This document shows, piece by piece, positions 8,152 to 18,276 of a stretch of DNA of 64,000 nt. Source of the DNA: an uncultured Gammaproteobacteria bacterium (GTDB lineage: Bacteria; Patescibacteriota; Microgenomatia; Daviesbacterales; UBA10151); the NCBI GenBank assembly GCA_964392925.1, contig CAYMRP010000004.1, positions 71,184 to 135,183 on the forward strand, written 5' to 3'. The position numbers and the translations under genes are program-made. Below the pieces are notes generated by a model. That model was not told where the DNA came from. It ran no database searches and saw only the letters and a program-made list of their open reading frames with translations. Position 1 is the first letter of the stretch. Each line of letters opens with the position of its first letter.

Positions 8152-9834
8152 TTACTTCTTAACACCTTTATAATCTGCAACAGTTATCCCTGCCCCACTT
8201 AAATGAGCCTGAGAGTATTCGTGCGTCGCATCCATCTTCTTATGCGGATTAAAAATTCCCCGGGGATCAAATATCTTCTTCACAGCCTTAAACAGCTTCA
8301 GCATCTCCGGTCCATACATCTTTTCTAAATATGGTCCCCGGACCAATCCATCATTATGCTCGGCCGCCATAGATCCCCCAAATTCAAAAACCAAATCAAA
8401 AACTTTCCTTGATATCTCCGGAATCAAATCACGGATCTCTTTTTTATGCATATCCATCAAAGGGATAATATGAAAATTCCCATTTCCAATATGCCCGGCA
8501 ATTGTATAAATAATCTTCTTACGATATGGACTTAATACTTTTTGCAGTCTCGGCAGAAAAGCTGGCAATTTCTCAACCCGCACTACAATATCATCAATAA
8601 ACGGCGCAGTCCTTAAAGTCTTTCCTGAATGATTTCTTAAAATATTAAAGCTATCTCGTCTTAAAATCCAGTACTTATCAGAATCGCCATAAGGCACTAC
8701 CCGGCTTATAACTTTAGGATATTTCTTTAGAGAGCTGTGCACACTCTCAGCCTGGCTCATGACTTCTTCTTGGGAATCCCCTGTAAACTCCGCAATCAAA
8801 ACAATCTTCGGTAATTTTCTAAACAAATCCCGCATAAACCCAGGCAATAATTTTAGTTGAATCGGGTCAGAATTATGCTTTTTGAAATCCTTCTTAAAAT
8901 CTGGAATAAATCTATACGAAAATTTGATAGTTTGATCATCAAAACACTCAAAACTCTCCGGCTTAAACTTCAACACCTCCAAAACTACTTTATCCAATTG
9001 GTCCAAAGACGCAAGCTCAATCTCCACCATCGCTTTTTTAGTTTTAGGCTTAATAAGTCCAAATTTAATCTGCGTTATGATCCCGAGAGTTCCTTGTGAG
9101 CCTACAATTAACTTATTTAAATCAAATATCGCCCGGTTTTTATCCCAAACATTCCATAAATAGAGTCCAGTCGAATTTTTTGATGTCTGTGGTTTATGCT
9201 TTTTAATTAAGTCTTCATTTCTCTCTATTAAATTAAAAATCTGTTTATATAAATTTCCCTCGAAAGTTTTCTCTTTCATTTTCGCATCAAGCTCTCTTTT
9301 AGTCAGAGGCTCAATAACATACTCCTGGCCATCAGCCAAAACCACTTTGAGCTCACGAACCCATCTTTCTGTTTGACCATAGCTTAATGTTTTTTCACCT
9401 GCTGAGTTATTGCCCACCATTCCACCAACAGTATTTAATTCTCGGGAAGAGGTATAACAGGGGAGCAGCAAATTCTTCTTAAGAGTTTCTTTTTCAAAAT
9501 TTCTATAATAAACTCCAGGCTGAGTTACAGCATAGTCGTTTCCAACCTGAATCACCCGGTCAAAGTGCTTTGTCATATCAAGAACCAACGACTCGGATAA
9601 TGATCCTCCTGACATACAGGTACCTGCGGCTCTTGGGGTCAGGGATATATCAACCTCTGGATGATCATTAACAAACTGAACCAGCTTTTGGATATCCTCT
9701 GAGTCCTTTGGCGCTATTACCAGTTCTGGTTTCACTACAAATATTGATGCGTCTTTTGAAAAAGTTTCTAAAACTTCTGGTGTATCGATAACCTCTCCTT
9801 TAATAACTTTTGACAACTGATCTTTAAGCTTCAT
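8152..9834 (-). CDS. FAD-linked oxidase (GlcD / D-lactate dehydrogenase family)
   Basis: FAD_binding_4-type N-terminus (PRAAGTCMSGGSLS) and GlcD-type C-terminus (FGGSMAAEHNDGLVRGPYL). Confidence 0.7.
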   Translation of the reverse strand: MKLKDQLSKVIKGEVIDTPEVLETFSKDASIFVVKPELVIAPKDSEDIQKLVQFVNDHPEVDISLTPRAAGTCMSGGSLSESLVLDMTKHFDRVIQVGNDYAVTQPGVYYRNFEKETLKKNLLLPCYTSSRELNTVGGMVGNNSAGEKTLSYGQTERWVRELKVVLADGQEYVIEPLTKRELDAKMKEKTFEGNLYKQIFNLIERNEDLIKKHKPQTSKNSTGLYLWNVWDKNRAIFDLNKLIVGSQGTLGIITQIKFGLIKPKTKKAMVEIELASLDQLDKVVLEVLKFKPESFECFDDQTIKFSYRFIPDFKKDFKKHNSDPIQLKLLPGFMRDLFRKLPKIVLIAEFTGDSQEEVMSQAESVHSSLKKYPKVISRVVPYGDSDKYWILRRDSFNILRNHSGKTLRTAPFIDDIVVRVEKLPAFLPRLQKVLSPYRKKIIYTIAGHIGNGNFHIIPLMDMHKKEIRDLIPEISRKVFDLVFEFGGSMAAEHNDGLVRGPYLEKMYGPEMLKLFKAVKKIFDPRGIFNPHKKMDATHEYSQAHLSGAGITVADYKGVKK

Positions 9835-9964
9835 TAATTAATAATAGAGGCTTTTAGTATCTCAAAACACCCCCTAAAAATAGACCTATAGATTTGATTA
9901 TTGACCCATAGTATGGTATTATATTCACTTCAGTTAAAGCTATTTAGGCTCAAAACTGACAAAT

Positions 9965-10639
9965 ATGATACAAACTGCCCTAATTTCAGTAATGCTTCTT
10001 TCAAACGTCGCCTTTACCCAGGCTGAATTTCCTACCACAGCCTCCGCCCAGTTGAAAACTGAGGCTAGCCAGGCTCAAACTATCCTAGGCTCAAGATCGA
10101 TGTCTTTAAACATGAGATATGGCTACGACGTGCCTGAGAACGTTTATAAAGACAATATTTTACTTAATTTAGCCTATCTCTCAGGCACAGTTAAATCTAA
10201 AAACGACATCAATTGGGACGTTTTAAAACAGCCTTCATCTACGAAATTCACTTTAAAACCAGGTGAAAGATTTGCTTATCACGATTTAATCGATCCTCAA
10301 TATCAAGATAATGTTGTTGTAACTGCCCATACTAACTTTGGAGCTGGCGATGGTTATAAATTCGAAGGTGGACTATATGGAATGGGTGTTTGTCACTTAG
10401 CTTCTTTAATCCATTGGGCTGCGCTTGATGCTGGACTAGAATCAATTGCTCCAAGCAACCATGACTTTTATGCTATACCTGAAATCCCTAAACAATATGG
10501 AGTAGCAATTTACGCAAGCCCTGATGCAGTTTCTTCATCTGTAAGACAAAATCTTTATATTAAAAACACTCTGGATTCAGAAATAACAATTAAATTTGAT
10601 TTCGACGGAGTAAATCTAATAGTTAGCGTTATTAAGTAA
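9965..10639 (+). CDS. Secreted protein, possibly VanW-like
   Basis: Signal peptide present. GMGVCHLASLIHWAA resembles the VanW GGGVCQVSTTLYNA motif. Confidence 0.35.
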   Translation: MIQTALISVMLLSNVAFTQAEFPTTASAQLKTEASQAQTILGSRSMSLNMRYGYDVPENVYKDNILLNLAYLSGTVKSKNDINWDVLKQPSSTKFTLKPGERFAYHDLIDPQYQDNVVVTAHTNFGAGDGYKFEGGLYGMGVCHLASLIHWAALDAGLESIAPSNHDFYAIPEIPKQYGVAIYASPDAVSSSVRQNLYIKNTLDSEITIKFDFDGVNLIVSVIK

Positions 10640-10641
10640 GT

Positions 10642-11343
10642 TTAGTGAACTCTTACCCTTGTCCCAGGATTATCTACAGATGCTCTTAAAGCATTAACCC
10701 CAGGCGGTAAAACAGGTCCAGTCCAATCGAATAACTCAGCAACTTCAGCCAATGGTGAATTAACACATCCATGACTCATTGGGTTTCCAAAATTACTGTG
10801 CCAATACGCCCCATGTATCGCATAACCCTGATAAAAGAACATATTATGAGGCACATTCGGTAAGTAATAATAAGTTCCTAATTCTTTTGAGCCCCCTTTC
10901 ATCGCCTGAGAACGGGTCTTATACCAAATTCTAAATTCCCCCTTTGGTGTTGCAGCCCATTTACCAGAAGATATTAAAAACTCTTTAACAATTGTATCGC
11001 CTTCATAAGCCCTTAACTTCTGCTCATCAAGCGAAACATCAATCCATTTTTCCTCACCTGCTGCATTTGTTATTCCGAGTACACTCACATCTTGAATTTG
11101 ATTATTGGATAAAATTTGAGCCAGAGATGTCTTTGGGTAATCTATGATCTCATTATTGTAAATTGCCAAATTAGCACCCTCATCAAAACCTCCATCAGAT
11201 AAATTATTTACATCACAGCACGACAATGTTGTATCTCCTGAAATTCCAAGTCTATAAGCAGCCTCACGGCGAATTGGTGTGTAATTAAAAGCGCCCACAA
11301 TCAGGGCTATAAAGACTAGTATGGGCAGAAAACGTATCATCAC
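10642..11343 (-). CDS. L,D-transpeptidase (YkuD domain), membrane-anchored
   Basis: N-terminal TM helix. Catalytic motif SHGCVNSPL (His/Cys of L,D-TPases). Confidence 0.7.
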   Translation of the reverse strand: MMIRFLPILVFIALIVGAFNYTPIRREAAYRLGISGDTTLSCCDVNNLSDGGFDEGANLAIYNNEIIDYPKTSLAQILSNNQIQDVSVLGITNAAGEEKWIDVSLDEQKLRAYEGDTIVKEFLISSGKWAATPKGEFRIWYKTRSQAMKGGSKELGTYYYLPNVPHNMFFYQGYAIHGAYWHSNFGNPMSHGCVNSPLAEVAELFDWTGPVLPPGVNALRASVDNPGTRVRVH

Positions 11344-11417
11344 TTCAGCGAAGAAAATAAAGCCTCAACGCTTAATATATTGTCCGGTTTGCTAGTATAA
11401 TAAGTCAAGACTTCAAT

Positions 11418-12503
11418 ATGAGAATCCACTGGTTTTTTAAAGTTACAGGTTTTTTTGCGGCGATTTTTATAATCTGGCTGCTGTTTTATTATGCTCTCCC
11501 GGAAATATTACCTGCGCAAAGAGTCGAGTCATCAGAAGTCTATGGACTAATCTTCTCTGATCAAATTTGGGGAGGAAATATTAAAATTGTTGGAGATGTT
11601 TATACTCTCACAAATAGTAAGGTAACGATTCTTCCGGGAACTAAAATAAAAGTTGCCATTAATAGTGATAAATCAAATATGGATCTTCTTCCTTGGCATA
11701 GAAAGGAAGGAGTTAACACCGGAGATTTTTATAAAGGTGTTAAAACTGGTGAGCCTTTCTGGAATGAAAGCCGGAAAATTCAAATCCATCTCAATACAGT
11801 CGAAATGATTGGAGAGCCCAGCAATACTATCGAAATAACCTCAGAATCAGAAGACCCTAGTCCATATGACTATAATATTTTAAGTATAAGATCAGGTAAG
11901 ATTACGCACGCTTTATTTTCTAACTACCGCCGTTTTGAAACTAATGGCGATTTAGAAGTAATGAACTCTACCTTTCGTAATACAGGTGAATGCGCACTCT
12001 GTATAACTGGTGGAACACCCAGAGTCTACAACAATACTTTTGAAAATAGCTTACGTGAGTCAATTTGGATTAAAAAAGCCAGCCCCATAATCGATAATAA
12101 TTTATTCATTAACCTAACCGGAGATGGAATAAAAATAGATCCTCAAAAAATTGCCGCACCTCATATCGTAAATAATGTTTTTGAAATGCCTCAACGAGGA
12201 GCAATTGATATAATAGCAGGAAGTCAACTTGGGGAAATATTAATTGCCAGAAATATTTTCTCCGGAAATTCGCAGATTAAAATCGCTTGTGATGCACAAG
12301 TCAAAATAAGAGATAATGCTATCTTTGGGCTGATTAGTTTTACCAATGGTTGTACTGGTGGATTCACCTTTGGGTCCAATTTTTGGGGAACTATTGACCC
12401 GCGAATTATCCTCAGTGAAAAAATTCTCAGTAAATATGAAAGATTCCGCATTGAAATACCTAACGTTCTATTTATGGCTCCTAAAGGAGCGGGGAGGAAA
12501 TAG
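11418..12503 (+). CDS. Right-handed beta-helix repeat protein (pectate-lyase fold), membrane-anchored
   Basis: N-terminal TM helix. Repeated NNxF/DNNLF/RDNAIF motifs typical of parallel beta-helix repeats. Confidence 0.5.
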   Translation: MRIHWFFKVTGFFAAIFIIWLLFYYALPEILPAQRVESSEVYGLIFSDQIWGGNIKIVGDVYTLTNSKVTILPGTKIKVAINSDKSNMDLLPWHRKEGVNTGDFYKGVKTGEPFWNESRKIQIHLNTVEMIGEPSNTIEITSESEDPSPYDYNILSIRSGKITHALFSNYRRFETNGDLEVMNSTFRNTGECALCITGGTPRVYNNTFENSLRESIWIKKASPIIDNNLFINLTGDGIKIDPQKIAAPHIVNNVFEMPQRGAIDIIAGSQLGEILIARNIFSGNSQIKIACDAQVKIRDNAIFGLISFTNGCTGGFTFGSNFWGTIDPRIILSEKILSKYERFRIEIPNVLFMAPKGAGRK

Positions 12504-12557
12504 TAACTGAAAAATTTATTAGCATTCTTAGGAATATTACTTCTTAGTAGCTTTGTT

Positions 12558-13439
12558 TTGTTTAAATCTGGTGAATTCTTTACTAAATCCAGCTTAACGT
12601 CACCCGTGCTTGGAGTAGCGAAGGAAAGAGTTTCTGAAAACGTCTGGGCTCCTCATATAGAGGATATCACTTTAAATCAGTTTATTGATGCCCCAGAAAT
12701 AACCGCCATCTCAGCATTATTTGTTGACACTACAACCGGTCAGGTTTTATATGAGAAAAATTCTCAGCAGGAATTGTCTATTGCTTCGTTGACTAAAATA
12801 ATGACAACTATAATTGCTCTGGAGAATAAAACCCCCGAAGATCTTTTTACAGTGTCTGAACATGCCTCCAGCATGGAGCCCGATAAAATGTATTTGATAG
12901 CTGGAGAAAAAATCAGCCTAAGCAACTTACTAGATGGAATATTCCTGGTCTCTGCCAACGATGCAGCGGAAGTTATCGCTGAGAACACCTCTGGGAGAAG
13001 AGAGGAGTTTATTAATTTAATGAATTCTAAAGCCAGGCAACTAGGTATGAATAATACTTTTTTCCTCAATCCCTCCGGTCTTGAAGAAGATTTTGCTAAA
13101 CAGTATTCAACAGCCCTTGATGTCGCTGTTATGTCTAGATATTTAATTACCAGGTGGCCTAATGTTGTTAATATTTCCTCGCAACCCCATGTTTATATCG
13201 AACGGACAGACTATCACCAAGATTATGATATGTATAGCGGTATTAATTTACTCACTACTTATCCGGGAGTTTTAGGATTAAAAACTGGCTATACTCCTGT
13301 TGCCGGCTTAACTCTAGTAACTTTAGCTAGGCGTGGCGATAAAGAAGTCTTAGGCGTTTTACTTGGTGCTGTTAACCGTCGGGACGATGCTAAGGCCTTA
13401 CTAGACTATTCCTTCAAAAAACTCGGTTTAGAGATATAA
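12558..13439 (+). CDS. D-alanyl-D-alanine carboxypeptidase (S11, PBP5/DacA family)
   Basis: SxxK (SIASLTKIMT), SxN (VSANDAA) and KTG (LKTGYT) motifs are present. The tracked TTG start is uncertain; an in-frame signal-peptide-like segment lies upstream. Confidence 0.75.
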   Translation: MFKSGEFFTKSSLTSPVLGVAKERVSENVWAPHIEDITLNQFIDAPEITAISALFVDTTTGQVLYEKNSQQELSIASLTKIMTTIIALENKTPEDLFTVSEHASSMEPDKMYLIAGEKISLSNLLDGIFLVSANDAAEVIAENTSGRREEFINLMNSKARQLGMNNTFFLNPSGLEEDFAKQYSTALDVAVMSRYLITRWPNVVNISSQPHVYIERTDYHQDYDMYSGINLLTTYPGVLGLKTGYTPVAGLTLVTLARRGDKEVLGVLLGAVNRRDDAKALLDYSFKKLGLEI

Positions 13440-13528
13440 ATCTTACCCCACTTCTTCATACCCAAAATAAACTATGAGCTAGCTTTCAGGATTAGAGTAT
13501 GTTATTATAGGCCCTCATAATTTTCCCA

Positions 13529-16500
13529 ATGAATCTGGGAATAGATGTTATGGGTTTAAACATGAGCAATTTAGATATCATCATCCCGGTTAAAAACGAA
13601 GAAGGCAATATTCTTGCCTTAGTCCAGAGAATCAGTCAAGCAATGAAGCTTGGAAATCTTTCCTATAAAATGATTTTCATCGATGATAATTCAAGCGATA
13701 AAACTGTCTCCTCTCTAGAAATACTAAAAAAAATCTATCCAATTGAAATACATCCAAAAAAGGGCAAGCCAGGCAAAGCTTATTCAATAATTGAGGGAGT
13801 CGATTACGCAACCAGCGATAACATCGCCATGATCGATGCCGATCTTCAATACCCCCCAGAAGTTTTGCCTCAAATGCTCAAACAATTAGCAGATTCAGGG
13901 GTAGTAATCGCCCGCCGGAAAACAGCCCAGGGCTCAAAGTTGCGAAGATTCGTCAGTAAAGCTTTTACCAATGTATTTGGCGGCCTTCTTCACAACCTAA
14001 ACGTTGATGTTCAATCAGGACTCAAAGTCTTCAAAAAAGAAGTAATTGAAAAAATAGACCCCAAGAAAATAACACCTTGGACTTTAGACCTCTCACTGGT
14101 TTTAGTTGCCCGGGATTTAGGATTAGGCATTTCAGAAGTTGATATTGAATTTGATAAAAGAAAAAATGGTAATTCAAAAGTAAGTTTAGTCAGAACTTCA
14201 ATTGAAATCGGCAAAAACGCTTTAAAGCTTAAGTTCTTTAGAAAAAGACAATTCACTATTAAACCAACTAAAGAAAACTCCATGATCGGTGGAGGCATAA
14301 TACTTAAGGGTAAAAAATATATTACTCACACCACCTTAGAAGATAAGCATCTCGCTCTCAAAACATTTAGCACCACCCAAAAGTTCATTATTGGCTCACT
14401 AGTTACCGCTGCCATAGTTGGTTTAATCACAAATCCTCTTGCTGCAATTTTAACTATAGTCGCGATTCTCAGCGTAATTTATTTTATTGACGTTGTTTTT
14501 AATATTAGTGTTGTTCTGAAGAGTCTTCATTTTCCGCCAGAAATTAAAATACCCTCGGAAGACATCGAGGCTGTAGATGATAGTAAATTACCAACCTATA
14601 CAATTCTCTGTCCTCTCTATCGAGAAGCGGATGTATTGCCGCAGTTTTTGGAGTCTATCGAAAAACTTGATTGGCCTAAAAGTAAGCTTGATGTCATACT
14701 TTTACTTGAGGAAGATGATAAAGAGACTGTCGCTGAAATTAGTAAAAAAAGACTTCCATATTACGTCAGGGCTTTAATTACTCCCGACTCTCAGCCTAAA
14801 ACAAAGCCCAAGGCCTGTAACTACGGTTTAGCCCATGCTAACGGTGAATACCTAGTTATTTATGATGCCGAAGATCGACCTGATCCAGACCAATTAAAAA
14901 AGGCCTATCTCGGCTTTAAAAATTCCGGATCTAAAATTGTCTGCTTGCAGGCAAAATTGAACTATTTTAATCCTCACCAAAATTTACTCACCCGTTTCTT
15001 TACCGCTGAATATTCACTCTGGTTCGATGTTATGCTACCGGGACTCCAGTCTATTAATACTGTGATCCCTCTGGGCGGTACCTCAAATCACTTCAGAACC
15101 GCCACCTTAAGAGATCTCGAAGGATGGGATCCATTCAACGTCACAGAGGATTGTGACTTAGGAGTGAGAATCTTTAAAAAAGGCTGGTCAACAGCAATTA
15201 TCGATTCAATAACTCTAGAAGAAGCCAATTCAAATTGGGCTAATTGGATCAGGCAGCGTTCAAGATGGCTCAAAGGTTATATGCAAACCTACCTGGTTCA
15301 TATGCGTAATCCTTTCAGTTTTATTGCTCAAAACGGCTGGCACGCTTTTGTTTTTCAACTAATTATTGGTGCCCGTATCTCGTTCATGCTTATTAACCCG
15401 ATTCTTTGGTTAACGACTCTTTCCTATTTTGCTCTCTACGCCTATGTTGGTCCGGCAATTGAAGAGATTTTTCCTTCAGCAATATTCTATATGGCGGTCT
15501 TTTCTCTTTTAGTCGGTAACTTCTCATATATCTATAACTACATGATAGGTGCCTTAAAGCGCGAGCACTATTCGCTTATTAAGTTCATTTTCTTGATCCC
15601 AATCTATTGGCTGGTGGCATCCTACGCAGCTGGAGTGGCTGCTTATCAATTAATTGTTAAACCTCACTATTGGGAAAAAACTGTCCACGGTCTCCATATC
15701 AAAAAAATGACTATAGAGAGTATAAAAGAAGAAATACTGCCCACGCTTACTGCCGATTTAATTAAGCCCTCTGACGGAAGAATGTCATTCTACAAGAAGC
15801 TATCCTTACCAAAAGCTTTAATACCAAGTGCAATTTACACCTTAGCTACTTTTATCTCAGGGATTCTTAACCTAGGATTTAATGTCTTCTTAGGTAGAGT
15901 AATCAGCTTTGAGAACTTAGCGACCTTAAGTTTAGTAAGCAGTTTTTTGTATTTTTCTTCAGTGCCTCAGAACTCCTTACTAAGCACTATCACCCATAAA
16001 GTTGGTTATCTAGAAGGTAAAGGTAAGTTAACATCAGCACTTCATTTTTTTAAACAGGCAACAAATAGATCGCTTTTAATATCTTTTATTGCCTCGGCTG
16101 CATGGCTTTTTTCAATTCCCTTTCTAATGGATTATTTCCAATCAGATGATATATTTCCTTTTCTTCTCTTTACCCCTGTTTGGACACTTGGTACGGTTTT
16201 CGCTCTGATGAAGGGGTTTTTAGTAGGGAGATTAATGCTTGCCAGAGTAGGGTTTATTCTTTTTGCTGAAACTGTATTTAAATTTAGCATAGCGCTCATT
16301 TTTATATATTTTAATCTTTCCCACTGGGCATTTGTTGCTCTACCAGGATCGATTGTGCTCAGCGCAATTCTGATAATTCTTATCTCGGGAAAACTACTTA
16401 AAGTGCCAGAGAATGCTCCACAGTTAAAAAATGAATTTAGCTTTCCTCTTAAGTTCTATTCTGCTTCTGCCCTATCAATACTTGCACCCATTGCCTTTTT

Positions 16501-18274
16501 AAGTATGGATGTCCTCTTGGCTAAGCACTACTTAGCTCCCGTTGAAGCGGGTAAGTACGCCTTGCTTTCTGTCATTGGAAAAATCATTTTCTTTATGGGT
16601 GCATTAGCTAATCAGCTAGTGCTGCCTCTGGTTAGTCGAAATGAGGGCGCGGGTCGAAGTTCAGAAAAGTTTCTTGGCTGGGTATTTATTGGAACATTCT
16701 TAGTCACAAGTCTGGGCTTCATTTTCTGGGGTTTACTTGGAGGCTATACAGTACCTCTAGTTTTCGGAGAAAAAGCCAATGAAATAACACAATTCTTAGA
16801 AATATTCACTTTTACAATGATATGTTTCTCACTCTCAAGAGTATTAGTGTCTTATTTTCTGGCCAAAAAAGTTTACACCTTCCCTATTGTTTCATCTCTA
16901 ATTGTTATTCTCCAATTCGCTTTAATTTATTTTAATCATTCCGACTTAGGGTCAATAGTTTTTGATATGTTCTTGGTCGGAGTAATTGATTTACTTGCTA
17001 TGGCTATTCTTTATTTATTCTTGCCGTATGTAAAAATATTTGAAAATAATGTTAGCGATTTATTTGGATTATTTACCCGATCACTTCCTTTTAGTAAAGC
17101 TGAAGCTAACAAAAAAGTCCGAATTCTCATATTCAATTGGAGAGATATCAGCCATGTCTGGTCTGGTGGAGCAGAGAACTATATTCATGAATTAGCAAAA
17201 CTTTGGGTGGAACAGGGTTATCAGGTAACTATTTTTTCAGGTAACGATAACTTAAGTAAACGGTATGAAGTTTTAGACGGTGTACAAATAGTTAGAAGGG
17301 GTGGGTTCTATACAGTCTACTTCTGGGCAGTTTTATATTATATTTTCCGTTTCCGCGGTCTATATGATTTAGTTATAGATTCTGAAAACGGCATCCCTTT
17401 CTTTACGCCTCTATACGTTGGAAAAGCAAAGCTTTTATTAATTCATCATATCCACCAAGAAGTTTTCAGAAATCACCTTTCTTTGCCACTGGCAATTTTT
17501 GCATCATTCCTTGAAGGCAAACTTATGCCATTTATTTATAAAAATCAAAAAGTTATAACAGTTTCTGAATCTTCAAAGCAGGAAATCTTAAAACTGGGCA
17601 AGGATGTATTTGGTGCAATTGAAATTGTTAATCCTGGAATTCACACTCATAAATTCCTCACCCTAAAGAAAACAACAAATCCATCATTCTTATATCTCGG
17701 CCGACTGCAGCCTTACAAGAATATTGAAGTAGCAATTAAAGCATTCGCACAAGTTATTTCTAAATACCCTGATGCCACTTTAACAATTGCCGGTTTTGGT
17801 GAAAGTCTGATATCTCTTAAAAAACTAGCCGGCCAATTATCAATAGAAAAATCAGTTATTTTTACTGGCCGTGTCACTGATGAGAGGAAGTACGAGCTGT
17901 TATCAGAAAGCTGGGTTATGCTTCAGCCCTCAATGATTGAAGGCTGGGGGATCACTGTTATAGAAGCAAATGCGTCCGGAACTCCTGTAATCGCCTCAAA
18001 TGTTAACGGTCTTCGTGATTCAGTTGTCGATGGTAGAACCGGCATGTTAGTTAGACCAAAAGATGTTCAGATGTTTGCCCGGGTCATGACAGATCTTATT
18101 GAAAATAAAGAATTTAGAGATTACTTATCAGCTCAGGGAATTAAGTGGTCACAAAATTTTTCTTGGAAAAAACAGGCTGAAAAATATACTCACATTATAG
18201 AAGAGACCCTCTCTGATCATACCAAGAAAGGTATAAATTTAACAAAATCATGGAGTTTAAATTTTAGAAAGTAA
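13529..18274 (+). CDS. Giant multidomain glycosyltransferase: GT2 (polyprenyl-P sugar transferase-like) + processive GT2 synthase (QxxRW) + polytopic flippase-like TM block + C-terminal GT4
   Basis: aa 13-230: IIPVKNEE...FIDDNSSD...IDAD. aa 350-600: ILCPLYREADVL, YDAEDRPD, QRSRWLKG. aa 600-1090: at least 12 TM helices. aa 1100-1560: the GT4 EX7E block EGWGITVIEANASGTPVIAS. Confidence 0.7.
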   Translation: MNLGIDVMGLNMSNLDIIIPVKNEEGNILALVQRISQAMKLGNLSYKMIFIDDNSSDKTVSSLEILKKIYPIEIHPKKGKPGKAYSIIEGVDYATSDNIAMIDADLQYPPEVLPQMLKQLADSGVVIARRKTAQGSKLRRFVSKAFTNVFGGLLHNLNVDVQSGLKVFKKEVIEKIDPKKITPWTLDLSLVLVARDLGLGISEVDIEFDKRKNGNSKVSLVRTSIEIGKNALKLKFFRKRQFTIKPTKENSMIGGGIILKGKKYITHTTLEDKHLALKTFSTTQKFIIGSLVTAAIVGLITNPLAAILTIVAILSVIYFIDVVFNISVVLKSLHFPPEIKIPSEDIEAVDDSKLPTYTILCPLYREADVLPQFLESIEKLDWPKSKLDVILLLEEDDKETVAEISKKRLPYYVRALITPDSQPKTKPKACNYGLAHANGEYLVIYDAEDRPDPDQLKKAYLGFKNSGSKIVCLQAKLNYFNPHQNLLTRFFTAEYSLWFDVMLPGLQSINTVIPLGGTSNHFRTATLRDLEGWDPFNVTEDCDLGVRIFKKGWSTAIIDSITLEEANSNWANWIRQRSRWLKGYMQTYLVHMRNPFSFIAQNGWHAFVFQLIIGARISFMLINPILWLTTLSYFALYAYVGPAIEEIFPSAIFYMAVFSLLVGNFSYIYNYMIGALKREHYSLIKFIFLIPIYWLVASYAAGVAAYQLIVKPHYWEKTVHGLHIKKMTIESIKEEILPTLTADLIKPSDGRMSFYKKLSLPKALIPSAIYTLATFISGILNLGFNVFLGRVISFENLATLSLVSSFLYFSSVPQNSLLSTITHKVGYLEGKGKLTSALHFFKQATNRSLLISFIASAAWLFSIPFLMDYFQSDDIFPFLLFTPVWTLGTVFALMKGFLVGRLMLARVGFILFAETVFKFSIALIFIYFNLSHWAFVALPGSIVLSAILIILISGKLLKVPENAPQLKNEFSFPLKFYSASALSILAPIAFLSMDVLLAKHYLAPVEAGKYALLSVIGKIIFFMGALANQLVLPLVSRNEGAGRSSEKFLGWVFIGTFLVTSLGFIFWGLLGGYTVPLVFGEKANEITQFLEIFTFTMICFSLSRVLVSYFLAKKVYTFPIVSSLIVILQFALIYFNHSDLGSIVFDMFLVGVIDLLAMAILYLFLPYVKIFENNVSDLFGLFTRSLPFSKAEANKKVRILIFNWRDISHVWSGGAENYIHELAKLWVEQGYQVTIFSGNDNLSKRYEVLDGVQIVRRGGFYTVYFWAVLYYIFRFRGLYDLVIDSENGIPFFTPLYVGKAKLLLIHHIHQEVFRNHLSLPLAIFASFLEGKLMPFIYKNQKVITVSESSKQEILKLGKDVFGAIEIVNPGIHTHKFLTLKKTTNPSFLYLGRLQPYKNIEVAIKAFAQVISKYPDATLTIAGFGESLISLKKLAGQLSIEKSVIFTGRVTDERKYELLSESWVMLQPSMIEGWGITVIEANASGTPVIASNVNGLRDSVVDGRTGMLVRPKDVQMFARVMTDLIENKEFRDYLSAQGIKWSQNFSWKKQAEKYTHIIEETLSDHTKKGINLTKSWSLNFRK

Positions 18275-18276
18275 TT

